Source: Vicugna vicugna (taxonomy: Eukaryota). From it: 64,000 nt of DNA. Below, piece by piece: positions 48,551-61,295 of the stretch. A program made the position numbers and the translations under genes. Location of the stretch: assembly GCA_013265495.1 (NCBI GenBank), contig MU058584.1, positions 4,842,508 through 4,906,507 on the forward strand, written 5' to 3'. The notes under the pieces were generated by a model that was given only the letters and a program-made list of their open reading frames with translations, did not search any database and was not told where the DNA came from. Each line of letters begins with the position of its first letter. Positions within the stretch are counted from its first letter, which is position 1.

Positions 48551-49934
48551 AAGCTCTCAGGTAAGGAAGGAAGCGTGCCTTCTTGGGGACTGAGCTAACC
48601 TCTTCACTTTGTTCCATTTGAATCACTAAAGCTCATAGTGACCACACTCAGAGAAGAAAGCCACGCCACCTTCACCCTTCTGGGAACCGAGGTCCTTCCC
48701 TCAGAAGCGTTATAACCAGCCTACATGCACTTGTGACCTTCATTTGGTTGCTAGAACAGCCGTGTGCCTCCCATCAAAACCCGTATCTGTTGTTTTCTGG
48801 GGGACAACTTCAACAAACTGAGCTCCTGTGGGGAGAGAGGGTGAGCTCTTCTTCTTTGCTCCCGGGGCGTTGGAGACATTTGGTAGAGGTGAGGAGAGAG
48901 GAAGCGTGGCGGAGGACAGGTCGGTGGGGGATGGAGAGTGCAGCGTTACACCCCTACTCCATAGGCCTGGCAGTTCATCAGCCATCATCAGCCATCAAAT
49001 ATTGATTGCTTACTTACTGCATACCCTAGGCAGTGGGGATGCAGTTGGAGCCTTACACGGTCTTTGCTGTCACGGAGCTCCCTGACTTGCCGGGAGGAAA
49101 TAGAATCTACGTTTCCTCTTCGGCTCAAACAAGCAAATACAGGCCCTGGGGCTCACAGAGTGCCCTGCTCAAAGGGCTCCCCTCCCCCTGCTAGACGATT
49201 GGCCAGACACAGTCAATAGTGAAAAGTATACTCTTCAGACCGAGGGACTCAAGCTCTGCGTTTGCCTTGCCCAGCCCTGGTATCCAGATGATCACCAGGC
49301 CGCCCTGTTGAAGGTTTTGTTTGGCAGGAACGTGCTCTGATTCCTTAACTGTAGGCTTTGGGGGACCTGGCAGCTTCAATGCAGCAGCTCTTCAGCACCC
49401 TCAGCAGTGTCAGGCTGTGAATGCTCCGAGCCGCCCTGAGGCAGGTACCCCGGGCAGCGGCCGGCCCTTGGCTAGGATGCTGCAGAGTGTGCTCCAGGCG
49501 TGGCCGGCCCCGGTGGCTGCAGGACACGCTGAGCACCGCCTGCCTGCCTGCCGCAGGGTGAGCTGCTGACTCATTGCTGCAGCCATGTCGCCTTCAGCAA
49601 CTGGAACAGCTCTGGGAAATTCTTTCTTATTTTAAAGGACAAGGCGATGTTACCTCTGGGGATGGCAGAGGAGAGCAACAGATGATGTTCCAAAACCCGA
49701 CTCTAAACAACAGCTGTAGCAAAGCATTTCCATCAGAATTCTCAGACAGAAATGTTTTGATCCGACCTGGAAACCACTTTAGGGCAGCTGTTCCATCAGT
49801 CAGCGTGTGTGTGTCAGACATCCATCGTGTGCCCAGCACCTATTGTGGGCTTAGATAGGAAGAAGGAAAATGGGAAGTGAAAGGTGGTGCTTGCCCACTT
49901 GGGAACGGTGACACGGCTGAAACTTAGAGAATCT

Positions 49935-50095
49935 TCTTCTGTGCCCGGCACAGCATCATGGATGCACTAACCTGTGCAGTCTCATGGCGAACCTGTAAGA
50001 TGGCTATATTATGTCACCTATCCTACTGTAAGTTGGGGAGCCAGGATTTGAACCCGCATCAGTTCAGATTCAGACTCTCTACCATGGTGCCATAC
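49935..50095 (-). mobile_element. MIR SINE
   Basis: 'tgtgcccggcac...caacctgtaag-like...gagccaggatttgaaccc'. Confidence 0.65.
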
Positions 50096-52323
50096 TGTTA
50101 TTTGGAAGGCAGAACCAACGGAGGTGCACGTGGCCACGGGAGAATCATAAAGCACTGAGTGATAAATCATGCTCATAATGTCAGCATTTATGATGAGTCC
50201 AGAGTAAATCGCTATCCATCGACAGTCCTGGGGCAGCTGAAGTGTGCAGATATGCTTATGTTTAAGCAAATATTGAGCCTGTGGAGGGACTTTGCTGAGA
50301 GTCAAGAGGAGAAATGGTCAGGTGGGAAAGTGGGAGCTATGGGGAAAGGGATAGGAGGGGTGAGGCAATCAGGTGACCTGTGGGTCTAGACCATGATGTG
50401 CCTAGGATGGCTCTAGTTGTTGGGGAAAAGGCAGCAAGATAATTAAGCATATTTTTTGCCCCTTGGGAATTTAGTCTAGTTGGATTTAACATGACCAATC
50501 ATTCGATTTAGGAGCAATAGGCAAAATAGGAGGAGAAAGAGAGAGGAATTATAAGAGGGATCAAGGGCCCATGACTGTCCTGTTCGGTCCTTAGTGGGTC
50601 AACATCTGCTTTAAGGAGGAGTCCATGGGCCGTTTTGTCAGATGATACTGACAAAGACTCAAAAGCTCTTTTGTTTTCATTTAGAGGCGCTGGTCATGCA
50701 TTCGTGATGAGGCTGATCAGAGTGACTTGAGTCCCTCTGGTTTCCAAGACGGTAGATCTTCTCGGGCAGTTGTCAAAACAGCTGCTCATATGAAACCCAG
50801 GAAACACCTTTGCCTCTCAGCTGGTAGCTAGATGCTTCCAGGGCACAAATGCTCCAGCTTTCTGACCCAATTTCCAATGTTTTCCATGCTTTTCAAAATA
50901 ACTCATTTGAATTATTTCTCAGGTGATAAACTGATGGCAGATTCCTGTTGATCCACAAAGAACTGGGGAGATATGGCTGCAAAATACGAGGAATGATAAG
51001 TTATCCCGGAAATAGAAGGACTTGTATCTTCAAGGACTGCATGATATCAAAAAATGAGTTGTTCCAATGCCTCCAGGGAATGTTTATGAGGTGTTTATCA
51101 GGTGGAGGAGGACAACGTGTGCAGAGCAGGTGTGGCCCATCCAGGGACCTCTGCGAGTGGAATTGGGGGAGTGGGTTTGGTGGGAGCATAGGTGGAAGGA
51201 AAAGGCTAGAAGGGTTTTAACAGTGGGGTAGCATGATTGCATTTTCCTTTTAAAAAGAAAGCCTGGAAGTAGTGTAGAAGGAGAGGGAGAAGAAATGAGG
51301 ACCAGCCAGGAATTGACTGTAATAACCTGAGTGGGACGTGATAAGCACCCAAGTGGGCGTGGTGTCAGTGAGCATGAAGAGGGGTCAGACGGGGCAATAA
51401 CGAGGAGTTACACTTGACCGTGCTTTTAAATCGAACACGGAGAAGGAGGAGTCCAGGAAGGTGAGCATCCAGGGGTTTGAAGTCCTGCTGAAGTTCTTTG
51501 AAATGTTTTAATCTTAAAAACGTATGCAAATTTGCATAAAGATAAACCAGTATTTGCATTCTTAGGAAGATGATATTTAAAACCATTTAAAAGACATAAC
51601 CTTCCTTTCCAAAGCTTCAGAGGGAACCGACGCCTTGGGAAAACGCACTGTGGTTGTACGCGGTTTCCAATGTCCCCTGCAAGTACCTCTTTTGAGAAGT
51701 GTGAGCATTGCCCTTGATCTGGCTGCTTCTCTCCTGGCAACGTTCACGTGGCCAGACTGGGCTACTCACTTCCCAGCCCCCAGCCTCATCGTGAGTGTTC
51801 TGCGGCTCTGGTTTTGCATATGTTTAAGATTCCCTTCCAGTCTCTGGCCCACCTTCAAGGCCCAAGTCAGATGCTTCCTCCTCCGCCCGGCCTCCACAGC
51901 CCTGTCTGACCTCCTTCCATGTCCCTCCTCTGAGATTCTGCAGACTTGTTTGCTCCACTGCTTTTTTTGGAATTTAATCATAGATGATATCATAAATAAA
52001 AATTGCAAAAAAAATGATGGTGGCTCTCACTGTCACAGCCTTCAGAGCTGTGTACTTTGTTTTTCCAAGCTCATTGCAAGTCTTATGAGGTCAGGGGTTG
52101 AGCTGTTGACATTTTACTTGTCACAGCACTCAGCTCAGTAACTACTTTTGGAGCAGACGTGGTCATTCTGTATACATAAAACAAGCATATTAAAATGGAC
52201 GTTAAATTTAATGTCTATTTCCATTAAATGAAAGCTTTTACTACCTCAGCAAGACACATTTAAATATCAAAGCCAGTAGCTTTCCGCCCTTTACACCCTT
52301 TTTACTTTTGTTTCCTTTGACAG

Positions 52324-52335
52324 GACCAGTAAAAG
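52324..52335 (+). other. possible 12-nt microexon
   Basis: long polypyrimidine tract, GACAG|GACCAGTAAAAG|GTATGA. Confidence 0.25.
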
Positions 52336-53124
52336 GTATGACCAGGGTCTTTTCAGGGGGCTGTCATTCTGCTGTTGTGAAAGTGTAAACACTTTTTCAG
52401 GCCAGCCTGCCTGAGTCAGCTCACAGCTGTTTAGTGAGACATTTCTCCGCTTGCAAAATCAAAAGGCAGAAAAGCTAAGAGAGGTGTGATGGGAAATTTC
52501 TTTCTAAAGAAAAGACCCATGTCTTTTCCCGAAGCCCTCCTCCCTGCCCTGCTCACTCCTTCACCAGGTTAGGGGTCCCCAGCAGCTCACACTTCATTGC
52601 TACTGCGTGTTTGCGCCTGGGAATGAAGCTCCTCCAGGGAATGCCTGTATCTACACAGCTCATGATCCTATTCTTAATAAGGCAAAATCTCATCAAAGAG
52701 TGTACTGGGTTCATGTCTTGAAAGAACATAGGAAGAGAACTGAAAAACGGGCCAGAAGGATGTAGGAGACAAGGATCATGGGAAGCTTTTTTGTCCACTA
52801 AAGCTCTGAGTTTGGTAAACATGGAATGGAAAAAAAAAATGGAGAAGGAAAAAAATGCAGAGACTTTCTGGTGAGGCTGCTGATGCGAACAGAAAGGAGG
52901 AAAATCACTTACCAAGTCCAGAAGGGAAACATGGAGTCAATGGCTGGGGCTGTGCTTTGGAGGAAAGAAAACTGTCTATCTGTTAAGTGGATTTAGAGTC
53001 AGAAAGTAAATGGAGCCTTTAGAATTAATTTCATCTCCTTTTACATCCTCTTGGAACCATTCAAGTTCTAATTAGCAGGGCTCTAGGTAATCTGTTGGAT
53101 CTCTAAATCCTGTGAATTTCACCT

Positions 53125-53629
53125 TGCATGAGTTTCCCATGGCAGCTGTAACAATTTAACACACCTAGTGGCTTAAAACAATACAGGCGTACTGTCTTAC
53201 AGTCTGCAGGTAAGAAGTCTGACATACACCTCACTGGGCTAAAGCCAAGGTCTTGGCAGGGCTGCACTTCTTTCTAGGAGAGAGTCTGTTTCCGTGCCTT
53301 TTCTAACTTCTAAGGCTACCTGCGTTCCTTGGCTCACAGCCCCCTTCTTCTCTCTGCAGAGCCAGCAATGTTGCAGCTCTCTGACGCTATTTTCATCATC
53401 ACATTTCTTTCTCAGATCCTCTTATTCTGCCTCCTCCTTCCACTTTTAAGGGCACTTGTGATTACTGTGGGCCCACCCAGGTATTCCAGGATGACCTCCC
53501 TACTTTAAGGTGAGTGGAAGTTTCCGTTATCAACCTTTATCCTCCTTTGTGGTGTAACTTATCATAGTCACAGGTTTTGGGGAAGAGGACATGGGCATCC
53601 TGTTCTGGGACATTATTCCATCTAACACA
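53125..53629 (-). mobile_element. MLT1 (MLT1D-like) MaLR LTR
   Basis: 'gctgtaacaa...gtggcttaaaaca...ggcagggctg...gggcccacccagg..tccaggatga...cattatt..tctaacaca'. Confidence 0.88.
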
Positions 53630-53689
53630 ATCCCTGGTGCCATTACCCAAATCCAAGTCACCGTTACCCTTTCCTGGATGACTGCAAAA

Positions 53690-53892
53690 GCTCTGAGTTG
53701 GGAGTCAGATTGCCCACATCCAAATTCTGGCTCCATCTTTTACTAGCTGTGTGATGGACGGGAGGAAGATCTCGGCCTCAGTTTCCTATCTGTAAATGGG
53801 ATACTGACACTACTTTATCTCATGAAATTGTTGTGAGGATTAAACACATACTTGGCATCTAGCAAATGCTCAGTGTTAGCTGTTGTTACCAC
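53690..53892 (+). mobile_element. MIR SINE (within an L2 region)
   Basis: 'gagtcagattgcc...tactagctgtgtga..gcctcagtttcctatctgtaaatggg..gttgtgaggattaaa'. Confidence 0.8.
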
Positions 53893-54350
53893 TAGCTGGT
53901 CTCACTGCCCACACTCTCAACCTGACATCCTCCGTGTACTGAAGCCGTCTTCCTTACACACAAGCTGATCATGTTTCTCTTTACCATGCCATGACTGTCA
54001 TTCGTGTTATGGTCTTTGCTGTCCAGCCTCTCTCCACATCTAAGTCATAACAGATGATTTGAAGTCCCCTGAATGCAACAGATGTTTCATGCCTCTCTGC
54101 CTTTGCATATGATGTTCCTTTTGCTGGACTTCCTTCTTTCCCTTGATTGTGTGTCCAAGTTTACTCATCCTTCAGAGCCAATTCTCCAACATCCTGGATA
54201 AAGCTGATCACCCACTTACCTCTTCTGTGGCAGGTACATGTCCCTGAGTGCACCACCCAGCCTGGCAGCTTCTCACAGGCAGGGACCACATTTCACCTCT
54301 GCCTTCACACCTGACACATACCAGATACTCAAGAAAAGAGTGTTTAGAGC
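53893..54350 (+). mobile_element. L2 fragment
   Basis: 'ctgatcatgtt', 'catgcctctctgcctttgcatatgatgttcct', 'ctcatccttcag'. Confidence 0.65.
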
Positions 54351-55059
54351 GTGTGAGATGGAAATTTATTAGTTTTTGGAATTTATTAATATATTTTCCC
54401 CCATGCATTCCTTTACATGTTTCCCCTCCCATGCTGCCAGAGGCATCAATTTGCTTCAGGGAGTGTTAAGGTTTTCATAACAGAAATGCAAGAAGAAAAA
54501 TACTAAATATCTAGCTTTTGACACCCAGAGTAGAAATTATTTTAAAAAAATCTTTTAGTTTATTTTTCAATAAATTTTGAAAATCAAGCTTTATAAATGA
54601 GAAAAGTTTATAAAACTTCTTAGCTCTTTTAGATTAGTTTGGTTGGACCAGGTCTTAGAGATTCTTACATAAAGGTAGAGAGGACACTGTTCTCTGCAGC
54701 TCACCTGAGCATGAAGTGTTGTGACCTTGAGAAGAGAGATAAGTTGTAAGGGACTTCTCCATAAGTTGTAGAGGAGATAAAATGGAAATCTCCCATTTGG
54801 ATCCTAATGAATTTTTGGAGTGAGGGAAGGTATGGGGGTGGTGAGCATCTGTGTCATGATTCCAAAGGCAGAAGTCAGGGGCATTTGTCATTTTCCCAGT
54901 TTCCTTCTGGGACTTGGAGAAACTGCCCTGTTGTTCCCTCTATCATATGAAATAGTAATATCAGAATAAAGTAAATGGTGGGTTATGATTAGGCAGTGGA
55001 AAACCTTGAGTCCAGCTTCCTGAGATCTTTCTCTGCTCCCAGATGGAGCAAGCAGAATT

Positions 55060-55640
55060 CAGAAGTTGCTCTCTGCCCTGTTGACTGATGCGGAAAGCAG
55101 TTGATAGTGTAGGAGGCTAGCAACCCTGTAGTGAAAGCTGTACTGTAGATTCCTGGACTAGGGGGTCAAATGGTCATCATAGCCAGACCCCAGAGAGTCA
55201 TACCATGCTAGTGTGAGCTGACATGGGGCCAAGTCAGCAAGGAGGTTCACTGGGATCAAAGCAAATGAAAAGGCAGACTCTGAGTCTGACCAGCTGCTCA
55301 CTTTGGCTGTGGGCTTTGGCAGGAAGAGCACTGACCGGATGGACAGGATCCACCATGGCTGCTGGAGGCCCAGGAGGATGTGAAGAGAGGCATCAAGACC
55401 CACATGCAGATCTGAGGTCTCTCCACCCAATGCCACATTCTCTGCCATATGTACAGACACTATCTTGGGTGGAAGAGATGGGAAGAGGAAGAGCTCAGAG
55501 ACACTGAGCGTACACCTGCAGAAAACTTTTACAGTGGGAAGGAGACTATTTTCAACCAAAATGATTGATAAATCATTAACTGGGAAGTTAAACATTTTTT
55601 TTTCTTGCTACACATTTTTCGTTGACTATGTTACTGGACT
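55060..55640 (+). mobile_element. possible ancient LTR (LTR78-like)
   Basis: 3' part 'ggaagagctcagagacactgagcgtacacc...gagacta...gaagttaaacatt' resembles old LTR78-type elements; recall only. Confidence 0.3.
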
Positions 55641-56679
55641 AGCAGTGAGTTCAGAGTAGGATCAGCCACACATGAAGTTTGACACTGAATCATTGAATTC
55701 TTTATCATATAATCAGGGCATTTAGCAGTCTTTCTGTTTAGTCCTTGGAGATAAGAATGGCTTGATTCCTCGGGCACAGCTGTCTAGAAGTGTCATGGGT
55801 AGCAAATTATCTTCTGAATCTCATTCCCACTGGAACTAACAGCTTATTTGGGCCCCATGTGTCCCTCCTTGCTGCTTTTACTGCTGGTGTTTTATTTTTT
55901 CTTTTGCTGCATAGAGGAAAAATTGATGTCAAAATTAAGTTGGGATCCTAAACATTTTAAAGGCATCCTTAAGACTGTTCCCGTTTTGCAGACGGGATAT
56001 AGTTCAGAATGTCACTTGAAAGCTGGTTGTTGGGAACTCAGAAGGGACTAGTTTCACATAGAAATAGTGTATTACCGATTAGATTCCTAGACATGCATAG
56101 CTCAAAATCCAAGTGAAATACAAAATATGTGAAATAAATAGTTAAGACCATAGTGGTACCATGCCAAAGATTAAACAAAGCGAAAAAAAAAAGAAATTAA
56201 ATTAAACTATGTTCATTTTGAATGCTAGTGTTTTAGAGAAAACACATTTAATTAAAAAGGGATACAAGGTACAGGAAGATGCTGAAGAGGGTTTCGCAGC
56301 AAGTTCCAGGGCTTTACTGCTCTTTGAAATATGATTTTCATTTGAAAGTCTCCAGATTTTCTTTCTCTTGTTATTGTTGCCACAGGCATGAACCTTATGC
56401 ATTATTCGCTATGATAATAGATTTTGCATTATTTAGGAATGAGTAGGGAAGGGAGATTGGGGAGAATTTCCATTATGTGCCGGGTCCTGACCCATGCATT
56501 TGAGATACAGCAGGGGGAAAAGCAAAGTTTCTGCTTTTGAGAAATGTTCCTTCTTATGAGGGTATTCAGATAATAAATGGATGAAGGGCATATGCATTAT
56601 ACGTTTCCCAATAATAATACACATTAATATGTGACATACAAATTTCTCAATCATATACAGTACATATAATATATAATAA

Positions 56680-57025
56680 AATATTAAGTAGTGATAAGTG
56701 CTTTGAAGAAAAAGATTGGGGTAAGAGATTAGACTTTAGATGAAACGCTCAAGAAAAATCTTTTTAAGGGAGCTAATAACCAATAAAATTCCTCAAAGAA
56801 ATAGGAGGGCAATCAATGTAGATATGTGGGAGGAAAGACATTTTAGACAGAGGGAACTTTGAGCAAAAGTACATCCTTAAGCAGGGATGTACTTGGGCAT
56901 TTTCAAGGAGCAGCAGACATTTAGTGTGAGTGGAGGAGTGTTAGCAAGGGAAACAGTGTAGAACATGAGGTCTGGGAGGTAGAAAGGCCATGGAGAGGAA
57001 TTTGGGTCATATCCTAAGTGTGACT
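56680..57025 (-). mobile_element. L2 fragment
   Basis: 'agtgataagtgctttgaagaaaa...tagacagagggaac...ggagcagca...gtgagtggag'. Confidence 0.7.
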
Positions 57026-57265
57026 TTTTTCCTGTGCGTGAAATTCTGTTTTTCCAAGAGTATTGAGACAGAACTGGGCACAAGACAAGGAAAGCCAGAG
57101 TTTCATGCATTTGATATTTTGAGGTAGAAATCACTATACTCTTAGTAGTAAAAAAATGATAAAAGAGGGAGAAAGTGTTTTTGTCTTACTCCTGAGTAAG
57201 TAGATAATAAAGGTGAGGTAGAGGTCATTAGTGAAGGTAGTGGAGGGTCAGATAACTTCCAGCAC

Positions 57266-57284
57266 TGACCACCAGATGGCGTGG
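57266..57284 (+). promoter_or_regulatory. candidate CTCF site
   Basis: TGACCACCAGATGGCGTGG, close to consensus TGGCCACCAGGGGGCGCTA. Confidence 0.5.
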
Positions 57285-59719
57285 TTAGCCAGGGACAGCT
57301 TGGTTGCTGTCAGAGCAAACCCAGGGTGGGGAGGGAGCAGAGGAATCACGAATTTTCTTAGGTGGAGAATCTGTGCTTCTGCACAGAATCTTGTCACTTG
57401 CTGAAATCATGAAAAAGACAGGAGATAGTGATAACTGTGAGTAACTTACATATTCCTTTGTTGTTTCCGGGACACTAATGTTGCCTCCCTGGCTCCCATA
57501 TCTTGTTTTCAGGAATGGAGAGGGAGCTAGGACATCCATGTGGTCTGGATAGAATTACCCCAGCCCTCAATAACCACATTATCAATGGGAGAAGTGAAAG
57601 GCGGGCCCAGGCAAGACTCCACTCTTTCCCCAACACACACAGCCTCACCACAATTACCCACCGCCAGGCCTGACTGCATCTGGCCCTTGATCTCCTTGGA
57701 TGTAAGTTACCCCAAGAATTCAGGACTCTCATGTCCTCCCTCTGCCTTAGACTCTAATTCCCATGAGGGTGTCTGCAGGGTGTGGCAGCCCTGCCTCCAG
57801 GCAGCTCCCTCTCTATCCACCTTTCCTGCTTTACTGTCCTCCAATAGCACTTAGAGCATCTGCTCTATACATATATGCAAATGTAAGCACCACACAGGCC
57901 TGGTTTTTGTCTCTTTCATTCACTTCTGTATTCTCAGGGCACAGGACAGCAACAAAACAGTGTTCAGTAAATATTTGCTGCACAGTTAAACACTGTTCAT
58001 TGGAAAGGATGGGCCTGATTGGAGCAGGCACAAATGCGTCCTGAGCATTCTCAGCAGACAGAGAGCTGAATGGGAATATTAAGATGCAAGTTTGGTGTGA
58101 AGGCTGGTTTTTCTCCTACTGCCTCACTCCAAAGACCATCCCTTTTGGTCGAACTCTGCAAGTCAGTGAAACGCACAGCTTATCCCTTGGTTGGAAAAAG
58201 GTTGCAGTTTTATCTGTTGGGCAACACTTAGGAAAAATAATCTTATCGACTATTTCAAACTTGATTTGTCTTGAGTAGGGGAGGGGAGTCCTTGTGAATC
58301 TTGAGGCTGGAGGACTCTTTCCTCTGGCCTGGTCTGGTCTCCCTCTTGTGAGGTGCAACCAGTGTTGGGTCAGCTGACTCAGAGGTCCATATGCTCTCTG
58401 GCTCTGGGCCACTGTCTCTTCTGCCCTTTGGAGAATCCTCAGGTAGGGAGGAACTGGAGCAGGAAACTACGGGGCGGGATTCTGACACAGCAGCCAAGGG
58501 AATGTTCAGGCCCAAGGAGGGCACTGGGCGAGTGTGTAGGGAAGACCCAATGTTGTGGAGTGGGGGCAGCTGTCATCCTTCAGACTCTCCGAAATTCTTT
58601 GTAAACAAGCTGAAATAAGATAAACTTCATTGTCAATTAAGACCAGAGTGGTAATTTCTTGGAAAGTGCAAACAGAGGCAAAACCCAATGGGCTAGAGAA
58701 GGAAGAGCAAGTCAACACGAATCAGAGGAAGGAAGTTGCTTTTCGTTCTGGTTTCTGAATAGGTGGTGATGGTCAGAGCTGGCAGCAAGCCCAGAACATG
58801 TCAGCAGTGCTGGAGGGGAGATGTTCCTGCTGTAAACCTTGGGTTGATTCTCTCCCTTCCTTCCCCAGTCCCCTCCCGGCAGTGTCCTGTTCCTCATGGA
58901 AGCCTCTTACACAGGCTCACGTTTCCTAGTAAGTAAACCAGACCTGCGTCCCCGAACCCCAGGGCACTTCGTGCGTCTGTGAGGGCAGGGACCACATGCT
59001 GACTTAGAGCAGCTGTGGGTGTAGCTGTCTTCTCTCAAAGCAAGCCTCGTGCAATTGCTCACTCATCTGCATTGCTGCATCAGTGCTTACACACGACTTT
59101 CCTCATTGTAAGGGCTCTCTAAATATTTTTACTTCCATGAATTAAATTTACCCTTTTGCCTGCAGTGGTAGATGGATAAGGAAATTCACCACGTTCAAGA
59201 GTAGTTTTGGACTCACAATGGGAAATAGTTGTTTTGTAACAGGTACCCTATTTGGGCCTTCCTACCATTTATTCCCAAGACAACCTGGGTGCCTCTTTGC
59301 CTCTCCAGTTGCCCAGATCTTTCTGCCATTGCCAAGGCGCTACCGTCTCAGCTGGCTTTTCTCTCTTTTAGGCCATTTCCTCTCACTCCATCCTTGGTTC
59401 TTTATACCTAAAAGGCCCCTAAGACTGGGCCTAGAACAAATAGCAGTCTCTGTGCCCCCCCCTTCCCCCCGCCAGATGCCCCTTCTTTATTGCACCTCTC
59501 AGAGAAAAGATAAACCTTCCTACTGCTTGTCCTCAGAGAGGAAGACTGGGGCAAAAATAAATCAAGGGGTCATACAAAGCTGGCCTTTAATTCCTTGTAA
59601 GACAGAACCTTGGTGCAATCTATTCTCTGTTCTTATTCATGAGGTGAGACCGTCTCAACTCCTCCGTCCTGTCCCCTTGCTAAGTACAGGCTGGAGGATA
59701 AGATTGAGGTAAAGCAGGT

Positions 59720-59935
59720 TGAATAATAGCTGACATTCATTGAGAACTTACTGAGACCCAGGTATTAAACCAAGTTCTTTACATACTATTTTATTTCTTC
59801 TTTCCACTAACCTATGAGGTAAGTATTACTGTAGTCCCATTTTAACAATGAAGAAACTGAGCCTCAGGTTAAATTGCCTGTTCAAGACACCCCAGCTATA
59901 AGGTGTCGGGCCAGGGTTTAGATCTTGCTCCCAAG
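59720..59935 (-). mobile_element. MIR SINE
   Basis: 'aataatagctgacattcattgag...cctatgaggtaagtattact..cccatttt..gaagaaactgag'. Confidence 0.85.
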
Positions 59936-61164
59936 CAATGGTATTAACTAACAGTCACCTCCCAGCATTTACCTTCTAAACACCAGTGAGAAGTTTGCAT
60001 CTTTGAGGATGTCAGACTGAGTAAACATCCATTTTACCTCTTCTGAAAGGAATGAACTATTATAGTCTGTTTCTTTGTTGCTGGTCTAACAGGAAATAGA
60101 CTGGTTCATTACTTATGAACCAATTCTTAGAACTAAGACCATAAACCCTGACTTGGTGCAGGAAATGATGTGTTTTGAATGCTCAGGAAGTAGTGACCAG
60201 AATAAAATATTTGGCAAGTATCCTACTCTAATTGAGAATTGGAGAGCTGGGAGAAATAGCTGAACCCCTTTCCATTCTGCTAAATATTTCTCTGCAATAT
60301 GGTTTTTAATGGCTGCATAGTATTCTTTTGCATGGTATACCACAATTTAGTTGCATGAAATCTGGGCAGTGGGGGAGTTATTTAAAGCAGGAGCAATTAA
60401 AAAATGAGAGAACCTGAGGATTAGGTGTACAATAACCTGCTTTTCAAGCTTTATAAATTTGTTTGGGACTAACTCTGTCCAGAGAAGGTAATATACATGT
60501 CATGTTATTTTCCAAGTAGAGAGGGGAGGGGCCATACTTTGTAGCCTAGCTTCATTCCAGCCACCTCTGTAGAGGTCATCCAGTTCAATCTTGTAGTCTT
60601 AGAGAAGGTCAAAAATTCAAGGACCAGTTCTCCTAAACCATCTACAGAAAACATAATCCAATCTTCTTAATCCAATGGGTCAGACTAATTCATAGTTCAG
60701 ATCCACAGAAAGTTTATTAGATGAAAGAAGATAGAAACTTAACAGCATTCTTAACTGGGTGCCAGTCATGGGAAGAATACCCATAATGTGATTCTCTGTC
60801 TTGGCTACGTTTGAAAGAATAGTATGTTCTGAAAAGAAACACAAGGGGAATTAATTTGATCTTACCTACTGGCTAAGGATCAAAACATTAAGAGAAGCAT
60901 AAGAGATCACTTTTCCAAAGCAGGAGGAGTCTACAAATATCAGATATGGTGAATTAAGTCATCAATCAGAGTCATGTCCTAGAATCGTACCCATGTACCT
61001 GGCCAAACCATTTTCTGTTTTGTTTCAGGTCCAAGATAATAGATTCTCCCAGTGGAGAGAGACTTCTAGAGACATTTGATCTAAGCTCCTTTTTCAGGCT
61101 GGACAATAATGATGGTGTCTTTCAGGCAAAAGAGGATGAGACACTGAGATGGGAAAAAAGATAA

Positions 61165-61295
61165 AGAACCATCTAGATATTAGTTCAATGCGGGCAGGGA
61201 TCAAGTCTTCTCATCATCAGCTCCTTGTCACCTAGTACAGCGCTTGTCACACAGTAGTACTTGATACATATTTTGAAAATAAGTAAAGGAATTAG
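61165..61295 (+). mobile_element. L2 3' end
   Basis: 'gggcagggatcaagtct...cacctagtacagcgcttgtcacacagtagtacttgata'. Confidence 0.65.

Noticed and set aside
61010..61150. Exon after the strong acceptor TTTTCTGTTTTGTTTCAG
   Set aside because: No good donor nearby and stops in the reading frames; indistinguishable from a cryptic site.
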